64,000 bases of DNA. Source: a virus (Duplodnaviria > Caudoviricetes). The notes below the pieces were generated by a model. That model ran no database searches. It saw only the letters and a list, made by a program, of their open reading frames with translations, and had not been told where the DNA came from. Within the stretch, counting starts at the first letter, position 1; each line of letters opens with the position of its first letter. Position numbers and translations under genes: made by a program. The stretch is from IMG/VR virus record IMGVR_UViG_3300032373_000001, one strand, 5' to 3'. Below are positions 8,001 to 14,905 of the stretch, one piece after another.

Positions 8001-9507
8001 CCCCCGAAAGCCCGGTCGCCTCCTTGGCGAGGCGGAGTTGGCAGCGGTTGTTCACGTCTACGATACGAGGGTTCTTGAGCTTGGTCGCATCGAACCACGC
8101 GGTGCTCTCGATCATCCAGCCCTCGACGAACGGGGCACCGCGCGCCGTGACGTGAACTCCGTCGTAGAAACCGGCGACCTCCGCCCAGTCGATGCGGATA
8201 TCGGAACCCTCTTCTTCGTAGTCATCCTGCTCAAAGGTCACTGGATCGAGGTAGGCGAACGGGTACACCAGCCCGAAGAGATAGTCCCTCTGAGAGTCGA
8301 TCACCAAGAGGTTCGCTGAAGGGGCCGGGTCCAGCAAGACCGCCTTCTCTCCGACCCACTCCGGCATCTCACCCTTACACCAGTCCAACCACGGAGAGAT
8401 GTTGCCCTTCAAGGTGCTGGTCCAGAACGCCTCGCGGGGCTTGAACCGGGCTACCTTCGGACTGAACATCTTCCGGAGGGTCTGGTACTGAAACTTCTGT
8501 CCGGGGCGGAGCAGGAAGACCTGAGTCCCGAGAGCCTTGGCTTGACGCTCCGAGGCGAACCGCTTCAGGAGCTCCCGGACCACCTGCTGACGGTATGCGG
8601 GCTCGGTGAGACCAGACTCCTTGACCTGCTGAGCCCAGACCCCAGCATCCTGCTCCAGCTTCGCCTGGGCATACTCCGAAAACCTGGCATAGCGCGTAGT
8701 CATAGAGGCTTCCTTGTCGAGCTTGTCCAACACCGTACCGTCCTGAAGGAAGCGGTCTACCATCCCAGGGACCAGGTACTGGCTTTTGAGCGTGCTGGCC
8801 TCATGGCCCACAGCTGCTGCCGCAATCTCCAGGGCATCGGCGAGCTCTTGCTTCAGGATAGGGTCCCGCTCTTTCCGGGGCGTGGGAAGCTCAGGACCAT
8901 CGCTGCGGATCTTCTTCAGGGCTGCACGCACCTCTTCGTTTGCGTGAAGACCCCGGAGGTCCTTGGCGGTGACCCCAAACTCCTTGAGGTAGTCGTTGAC
9001 CTCGGAGGCAGTGATGGAGCAATCCGCACCCTCGCAGAGCACCTTGTCGTCTGAGCCTTTGCCGTCGAGCGCCTTCTTCAGCGCCCCTACCAGGGCACCG
9101 TCTTCGACGGTTTTGTCGTGCTTGACGCCACTCTTCCCCACGTACTTGAAGGTGGCCTTGTTGCCCTCCACCGTGACGTGCTTCTTCAACCAGCCAGTGA
9201 CCCCGAAGTGCCCATCCTTGGCCGACTCCGGATTGCCCACCCTCTCGTAGGTGTTGTCGATGAGGGCCACAGCCAAGGCCGTAAGGCGCTTCTGAGGGTC
9301 AGAAGCGGAGAGGTCCTTCTTGTACTTCGACCGGAGCTTGCCGATGCTCTTGCGGAGCTTTTCGACGCGCTTGGCCTTGGCCTTGTTCCGATTGGACTGC
9401 TGGATGGGGCCGTACTCGTACACGGTCGTCTTCCCCGAGCCGTCTACCTTGTCGACCTCTTTCTTGTTCTTGTACTTGGCCAGGACCCGGCTCGGATCAA
9501 GTTTCAC
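5089..9507 (-). CDS. Giant multidomain protein: type IB topoisomerase, ART-like domain, inorganic pyrophosphatase-like domain and unknown domains
   Basis: Probable GTG start at 9507 (GTGA overlap). TopoIB pentad: YERVGN (R), GKSGV (K), KDLRG (R), GH-x8-Y (H,Y). InPase-like ENKKGSTRSG...HYGEI.GT.G.DGDKLDVYVG...YDEDKVMLGF. FWTS...YDGVH...WMIES domain is ART-like by inference. Confidence 0.8.
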   Translation of the reverse strand: MKLDPSRVLAKYKNKKEVDKVDGSGKTTVYEYGPIQQSNRNKAKAKRVEKLRKSIGKLRSKYKKDLSASDPQKRLTALAVALIDNTYERVGNPESAKDGHFGVTGWLKKHVTVEGNKATFKYVGKSGVKHDKTVEDGALVGALKKALDGKGSDDKVLCEGADCSITASEVNDYLKEFGVTAKDLRGLHANEEVRAALKKIRSDGPELPTPRKERDPILKQELADALEIAAAAVGHEASTLKSQYLVPGMVDRFLQDGTVLDKLDKEASMTTRYARFSEYAQAKLEQDAGVWAQQVKESGLTEPAYRQQVVRELLKRFASERQAKALGTQVFLLRPGQKFQYQTLRKMFSPKVARFKPREAFWTSTLKGNISPWLDWCKGEMPEWVGEKAVLLDPAPSANLLVIDSQRDYLFGLVYPFAYLDPVTFEQDDYEEEGSDIRIDWAEVAGFYDGVHVTARGAPFVEGWMIESTAWFDATKLKNPRIVDVNNRCQLRLAKEATGLSGVYDNLQLMDAGQERPRYADPAWRYFPLYKESYNLMARIAAFSHGSRTKFRDDPGAQAAEALLGRAYAKMSSAFIDGIEPSMKQSRKNPLVEPKWDYFLGKMKEADEALYEASELWPSWELQSLSFKFLKFMRHVESVRKGSARPRAWRFATLKLADVFPLKIRSPFHQQVEDLSTVTKALAAEAAVEGAHRASRKLYDLHRQFREVVEGYIKPRSGKRPALPGLGFIRLFRRIDDLAEDVRDLWDNEEAQLLSYRVGDLTRQIAGYTVKFASTNQKLVESPHNFHPVKVLPPKAKRKEYPFEGFIDFQGVKIDVENKKGSTRSGTDPDGEPWSVKMICHYGEIRGTEGTDGDKLDVYVGDNHDSSLVVVVHQHNPWDGKYDEDKVMLGFNSVEEAIGAYKNQYSKPGYFKEGEISTMPIGQFWRWVNEKRNKGKKVKASLSGQLSAVWFKQSTLSEGEKDDREAEKLVQQSPKKKPPRMDLRNRKVDTDGDQDPDEKQDKKDRSQNYKDAGLHETRIRSRQCEQRASGVPTPDPFDRSYPRMPSAARVARMAAKVPDWAEGKEYTSEETGNKVEFGSLPESQQEKLRQQNEAAPEKEAPSADKPKEDESSEVSLDRYFTERKKYTTRALRGVPEDSRDKTREVLDSFGADQYEEFKEQFSTASSSLVREAIPDSSRLLEALKDMTDQVQKGSVKDPTTLAENLALMAYYENVLDNPAVDLEDPLPPKGEASSEESKKAAAERALSAVSSYKKLDADTRQRHWERVEEKIEGLPEDSAQRDHLEAIQRGIGMASAIQDGDKATGVASSMARLVQAADKAGSLDKLAGLSMYGGSGLADQRMMRSIYEDLTDQDLEDLLPEDHPGASLVQFLTDPDRSGYLSDEDRNEIRQHLIDLMQAETAFLDPAVTKEVGREAVVADHKRAAKKARAKAAPKRKMTELRSKRAFLDWVQEYLKNLITATGKQASDLHRN

Positions 9508-12500
9508 AGCTGACTCCAACGGAGGGACAACTCTCGCATTGCCTGAATGCTGGCGAGACGCCCGGCATCTTGAAGGGGGGTATTCGGGGGCAAGTACCCA
9601 GGACTCGAACCGAGCGGGATGTTCTCTGGGGCACCCATGCCCCAGATCTGGACGCTGTTGAAGTCCCAGGAGCCCCGGGGAGCCTCCAACCTCACTTCCT
9701 CACCTACAGGCACGTAGGCGATCGTGACGTGGGGATTCCAGCGGGGGAACGAATCCTTGACCTCGAACCCCGCCTCTTCGAGCCGTGCGCGGAGCCCATC
9801 TCTGGCCCGATTGAGGTCGCGACTGAACCGGACCCTGCTGAAGATGACCTTTTGCTCAGGGCTCAAGAAGCGGTCCAGCCCTCTCAGGGCAGCCCGGACC
9901 GGGCCGCGGACCTCACTGAACGCCTGGGTGCAGACAACCTTGAAATCTTCCTCTCGCCCCTCGGGGACCTGACCCACGTACAGGAGGGTGATGTGGGCCG
10001 GGGATGGGTCCTCACTCTTGGTCGGGTACTGAGCCGCCAACCCCTCCGGGAGGGGAATGAACAGGCCCACAGAAGTGCCCGTGGGAGGGACCACCGCAGC
10101 AGCCTGGGCGGAAGCCGTTCGGCTCTGAGGGGCGGAGGCTCGCCGGGACATAAAAGTGTGACCCCTTTCCCGGCCCGTCTCGACGAACCCGCGACGCTTC
10201 AGCATGCGAATCGCGTGAGGGTTGACTGCATCCAGGCAGAAATCCAAATCCTCGAAGGCTTCAGAGATTGCATCGTACTCGTCGATGGCATAGTCCATGA
10301 GCTTGGCCCCGAGGCCCTGCTTTTGCCTGTCGGGGCGGACTGCGATGTCGAAGGAGTAGCAGTCGTTGCTAACCTCGTCGAACAGTACCGCGACCAGCTC
10401 CCCGCCGACCATGAGCCCTGCCTTGAAGTCCTTGCCGCTGAAGATGTTGATGCCCGCTTGCTTGGCGATCTCCCAAGGGTCCGGGCCATCCCACGGAACC
10501 TCGAAGACCCACTCGACCCGATTGCTGAGCTTCAGGGCCTTTTCCTCGCCGCCTGCTGCCAAGATAAGGACACCGTCCTCTTCTTTGAGCACATCACCCT
10601 CGAACCGGGCTCCCTGAGCCGTGGTCCAAGCGACCTTGGTCTGCTGGGTCCACTTCTCCCCATCGGTATCTCGTCCAGCCTCCAGCGCGCCGAGATAGAA
10701 CCAGTGCTCTTCGATGCTGGCACGATCTGCGCCGCGAGGCAGGGCAGCCGTAGACGCCCCGTAGTCGGGTTCGGTGACCAGCTCCCAGGTGTTGGAGTAG
10801 AGGACCGGGACGCCCGCAGCGTCTTCTTTCGACTGGCCGATCGTCGGGTGGATGCTCGCAGTACGACTCATGCCCGCCCCCTTGGGCTGAGGAGAACCAT
10901 TCGCATACAACCGGGAACCCCGAACATAGCGCACCAGGTCCTGTTCTCCCAGCTGATAGGGGGTGTTGCTCAAGAGACTCATGGCCTGGGCCTTGGTCAT
11001 CAGCTTCGGACCCTTCAGGACGACGTCCTGATTCCAGGTGACCTCTTCCGAATAGGAGGGCTTGGGCATGGTGTCGGTCCGGAACCGGATTGCAACGACC
11101 GGACCCTCATCCTTGTCGATGTGGGTAGTCTGGGTCCCCGGGACGTAGTCTCCCCACACCAACGAGATGGCATACACGGCATAGCCGCCGAACTTCTTGA
11201 TTCCGGGCGGGTCAAGCAAGAGCTTCTTGGAGCGGAGAATAGAGGCAGCACGCTTGGCGGTGGTGAAGTGGACGAACTCATCCGACGCCAAGTTCATCTC
11301 ATAGACGCGGCCTTCCATGAAGGTGGTCTCGCTCGTGGGCGTCGGACCCGCAGAGCCCACCTTAACCTTCATGGTATCTCCAGTCCACTCCCCACCCTTT
11401 TCCTTGTACCACTTGGCAGCCCACCCTTGATGGAATCGGACAGGCATCTTGGGGTGCTTATCTTGGGCCGACCTCAGCGCCTCGGCCCAGAGGGCTGCAT
11501 TCTCGGGCTTGCCGAAGTCCCCCTCAAAGAACTCCCTTGAACCCTTGAACCAAGCCGCCCGAAGCTGGCGAGACGCAGCGCTGGAGAACAGGCCCGCCAC
11601 AGCCTTGTAGGCTTCCCCGATCGCCTTCCTGTACTTGCCCTGAGCAGAGGCTCCGGCCCGCTTCAGGTCATAGAAGAACGCAAGCGGATAGGTCCGGGTG
11701 TCGTGCCGGCGCTGGCCCACCATGATGCGGAAAGCTGCTGCCCGTTCCTCTATCGGGAGGGCTTCCAACCCCTCCCGCATACGCTCAATAGCGTCCGGCA
11801 ACTTGGTGTAGAACTCCCGGTCGTCCAGCGAATGCTGCGATCGGTTTTGGCCCTGCTGGCGGATGTCCGGGGTGCGGATCTTCTTGCCGGGGAGGCCCGC
11901 CTGGATCTTGTCGGAGGCGAATCCCGCCAGAGTGCTCAGGAGGTTCTGGGCATAGTGGCGCATCTCGTGCTGAAGGGCCTGCTGGATCCACTTGGCGTTG
12001 ACCTTCGGGCTAACCTCGACCTCTATGACGGCGGTGCGCGGGTCGAACTCGGCCGAGCGACGACCTCTGGTGTCGCTGAGTATCAGATTCACCCCAGGCT
12101 TCTTGGCACTCCGAAGGATGTCACGCTTCATATTCTCGATGTAGGCGAGCATGTAGTCCGGGATCGGACCTTCCGGGGGCTGGAGCTTCTTCAGGAGGTC
12201 AGCGTTTTCCTTCTCGATCAGCTCCTCAAGGCGGTCCCCGTACTTCCAACCCTTGAGGTCTGCTTCGAACCTCTTCTGAACCGGCCCGCTCAACACCACG
12301 GCTTCTGGGTGGAGCTTGCTGAGCCGTTCCCACTCCTCCCATGCAGAGTTGTCGGAGCCCATGCCTTGGGCCACGCCCTTGTCCATACGGGTTTTAGCCC
12401 AAGAAGCGACGGCCCAGCGATACATCTCGTCCAACATCGCCGGAGGAGCTTCGAGCAGACCTGCCTGCTTCGATGCAACGAAACGGTCAGGGATACCCAC

Positions 12501-14897
12501 GGGCCGGGTAGCAGCGGCGCACTTTTCAGAAGAGATCCTGACCGTCGGGAGAACCTGCCGCAACATCCCCAGGATCATATCCGGAACAGCCTTGGGGCCG
12601 AAGGCAACAAGTTTCCCCAACGCTTCACAGAAGGACTCCTCGGGGTTCTTGTTGGCGTACCCGCTGATAGGTAGCCCCGGAACGCGGACCACGGGGGGCC
12701 CGCCCCCTTCCAGATAGTCCCGGATGTCCTCTGCTGAGTCGAGGCCCTGACTCGACGCGGGGCCGTACTCCAAGGCAGAGAGTTGGAGGTGTAGGATAGG
12801 GTCCGCCTTCTTCAAGGCACTATCGATGACCCAAGAGGCACCCACAGATTCCATCTTCCGAAGAGCCCGGCGGAGGTCCAAGTCCTTGGAGGTCCCCCGA
12901 ATGAGTCCCCCCCAAGTCTTCCGGGCATCTCCGGAGAGCACCGTCTGGTAAAGGTGATGGCCCATCTCATGGGCCATCACCCAGACAAACCTGCGGATGT
13001 CCGAGCCGAGCTCCCAAGGGGTGACGTGGATCATCCCCCTCTCATAGTAGGCCCCTGCGCTGCTGGGGACCCCCGCCTCAAAATTCCACTGAATGTGGAC
13101 CGGGACCATACGTTGGAGAATGATGGGGGCGGTTTGTTGGGAACGCTCCCGAAAGAGGGCCAAGCCCTGCCGAACGATCGGGAGTTTGTCTTGGTACGGG
13201 GAGTCTTCGAAGCCTCGGAACACCACGCGGAACCCCGAGAGGCTCACGACCTCTTCCTCCGGGACCAGAAAGGGGATCGGCTCCTGACCGCCGCGCAGAC
13301 TCGCAGACCACTCTGCCAAATCCCCAAGCACCGACCACGACTTGCGCGCCTTTGCCCGGATGCGGTTGGCCCACTTTCGGGCTTCGTCTTTCCACTTGCC
13401 CAGAGCTTCCACTTCGGCTTCCTGCCGGGACCAGAGCGGACGGCGCGTCAAGTAGGACCGAGTCTGAGCCTCTGCGTCCTCTCGAGAGGACGCATATCCC
13501 CGGTCCAAGTAGAACCGGACGAGCTCTTCAAACAGTTCCTCTGGGGGTCGCCAAGGGTTCCCCGAGGAATCCTTCACCGGAATTTGAGAAGAGGGGACCC
13601 TGCCCACCTCATAGGCGAACTCCCACATCGGCTTGAGTGCTCGATCCAAGAAGGCGCGGGCATCTTGAACATTCGCAGGGGAAGTCCTCCCAGGATACTG
13701 GGAGGAGCGGATGCGGCCTTCCAAGTCCTGGCGGACAGTAGCCGTGAAGGAATCGAAGTGCTCCCGCCAACGGTTGACGGCAGCAGATACCTCCTGGGCC
13801 TGAGAGATGCTTTGAACGCGGTCAGCGGCCTTGGCCAGGGCCAAGATGTCTTTCCGAAACCTCTGGATAAGGTTCTCGTCCAGCACTTCCTTGCGGGCAG
13901 TCTTCCCCGGCCCCTTCTTGTCAGCGGCTTCCATCTGCTGGAGGATCTTCTTGACCCAAGCGAGCCCAGGGTCACCGCCCCACAGGAGCCAAGAGACGTA
14001 CCCCTTGTCGTTCCAGGGCTCGCCCTTGTGCTCTTCGGAAATGCCCTTGTTCTTCTGGTGCCGACTGAAGAAGCCGTGCATCTGCTTGATGGTGTCGGGG
14101 GCGATGTTGTCGCGGTTCTTCAGGTTGACAGCGCGCTGAACGCCGGACCCGATGCCCTCTTTGCCAGCTTCCTCGGAAGTCAGACCGCCCTTGTTCGAAG
14201 GGGACGCCTTCTGACGATACTCCAAACCCTTCTCCGCAGCTTTCGCGACCGACTCCGGAGGCTGGAAGTTGATGCCCTTGTATTTCTCCGGCACAGCCGA
14301 CCGAAAGCTAAGGGCCTGCTTGAACCTGCGTGGACTCAAAAGGGAGGCTGCGCGGGGGAAAGCAAACCGCACCGGATCCTGACTGACTCGAACAGGGAGG
14401 TCAAGACCAACATCCCTCAAGAGGGTGGAGGCCCTCGAGACCCCGCCAGCCGAAGGGACCAGGAGCCCCATCATTGCCCCGCTAACCTTGACCGGGGCAT
14501 ATTCCCGCTTGGAGACCCACTCCCCCTCATCCTTTTTCCAGAGGAAGGAGTCGAGCATCGCCTGCCCCTGAGCCTCCTCGACGCACTCTTCATCCTCCTC
14601 GCCCCACTCCTCGTCGTAGCAGCCATCAGGGATTTGGAACTGCTCATACCAACCCTCCCCCGCGATGTAGTCTGCGTGAACGGGGTGCTCCTCGGCCCAA
14701 CGCTCTGTGTATTCCACGGGAATTAGCTGGCTCCGGAGCTTAGAGGCATCCAGCACCAAGCACACATCCCGATGACTGATGTCACCGCTGAACAGAGGCT
14801 TCACCGAGAAGCTCAAGAAGGGTGCGGGACTCTTCATGACCCCCGAACGAAGAATCTTGAGCGCGTTGGACCAAGAAGTGGTGTGGTAGAGATTCAA
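9504..14897 (-). CDS. Giant multidomain (polyvalent-type) protein: two ART-like domains, two zincin metallopeptidases, GNAT acetyltransferase, 2H phosphoesterase
   Basis: N-terminal YHTT...LSFS...EGEW; PPESVAKAA...WLLWGGD head-associated domain; HEMGH...YANKNPEESFCE; HEMRH...EFY; FVHFTT...SEEV; GNAT RQKQGLGAKLM...LKRRGF; 2H motifs HITL and HVTI. Confidence 0.8.
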   Translation of the reverse strand: MNLYHTTSWSNALKILRSGVMKSPAPFLSFSVKPLFSGDISHRDVCLVLDASKLRSQLIPVEYTERWAEEHPVHADYIAGEGWYEQFQIPDGCYDEEWGEEDEECVEEAQGQAMLDSFLWKKDEGEWVSKREYAPVKVSGAMMGLLVPSAGGVSRASTLLRDVGLDLPVRVSQDPVRFAFPRAASLLSPRRFKQALSFRSAVPEKYKGINFQPPESVAKAAEKGLEYRQKASPSNKGGLTSEEAGKEGIGSGVQRAVNLKNRDNIAPDTIKQMHGFFSRHQKNKGISEEHKGEPWNDKGYVSWLLWGGDPGLAWVKKILQQMEAADKKGPGKTARKEVLDENLIQRFRKDILALAKAADRVQSISQAQEVSAAVNRWREHFDSFTATVRQDLEGRIRSSQYPGRTSPANVQDARAFLDRALKPMWEFAYEVGRVPSSQIPVKDSSGNPWRPPEELFEELVRFYLDRGYASSREDAEAQTRSYLTRRPLWSRQEAEVEALGKWKDEARKWANRIRAKARKSWSVLGDLAEWSASLRGGQEPIPFLVPEEEVVSLSGFRVVFRGFEDSPYQDKLPIVRQGLALFRERSQQTAPIILQRMVPVHIQWNFEAGVPSSAGAYYERGMIHVTPWELGSDIRRFVWVMAHEMGHHLYQTVLSGDARKTWGGLIRGTSKDLDLRRALRKMESVGASWVIDSALKKADPILHLQLSALEYGPASSQGLDSAEDIRDYLEGGGPPVVRVPGLPISGYANKNPEESFCEALGKLVAFGPKAVPDMILGMLRQVLPTVRISSEKCAAATRPVGIPDRFVASKQAGLLEAPPAMLDEMYRWAVASWAKTRMDKGVAQGMGSDNSAWEEWERLSKLHPEAVVLSGPVQKRFEADLKGWKYGDRLEELIEKENADLLKKLQPPEGPIPDYMLAYIENMKRDILRSAKKPGVNLILSDTRGRRSAEFDPRTAVIEVEVSPKVNAKWIQQALQHEMRHYAQNLLSTLAGFASDKIQAGLPGKKIRTPDIRQQGQNRSQHSLDDREFYTKLPDAIERMREGLEALPIEERAAAFRIMVGQRRHDTRTYPLAFFYDLKRAGASAQGKYRKAIGEAYKAVAGLFSSAASRQLRAAWFKGSREFFEGDFGKPENAALWAEALRSAQDKHPKMPVRFHQGWAAKWYKEKGGEWTGDTMKVKVGSAGPTPTSETTFMEGRVYEMNLASDEFVHFTTAKRAASILRSKKLLLDPPGIKKFGGYAVYAISLVWGDYVPGTQTTHIDKDEGPVVAIRFRTDTMPKPSYSEEVTWNQDVVLKGPKLMTKAQAMSLLSNTPYQLGEQDLVRYVRGSRLYANGSPQPKGAGMSRTASIHPTIGQSKEDAAGVPVLYSNTWELVTEPDYGASTAALPRGADRASIEEHWFYLGALEAGRDTDGEKWTQQTKVAWTTAQGARFEGDVLKEEDGVLILAAGGEEKALKLSNRVEWVFEVPWDGPDPWEIAKQAGINIFSGKDFKAGLMVGGELVAVLFDEVSNDCYSFDIAVRPDRQKQGLGAKLMDYAIDEYDAISEAFEDLDFCLDAVNPHAIRMLKRRGFVETGRERGHTFMSRRASAPQSRTASAQAAAVVPPTGTSVGLFIPLPEGLAAQYPTKSEDPSPAHITLLYVGQVPEGREEDFKVVCTQAFSEVRGPVRAALRGLDRFLSPEQKVIFSRVRFSRDLNRARDGLRARLEEAGFEVKDSFPRWNPHVTIAYVPVGEEVRLEAPRGSWDFNSVQIWGMGAPENIPLGSSPGYLPPNTPLQDAGRLASIQAMRELSLRWSQL

Positions 14898-14905
14898 AGC
14901 GCCCC

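Noticed and set aside
5089-14897. Inteins or group I introns explaining the giant proteins
   Set aside because: No Cys/Ser...His-Asn splice junctions or LAGLIDADG/HNH motifs noticed; the inserts are distinct enzyme domains.
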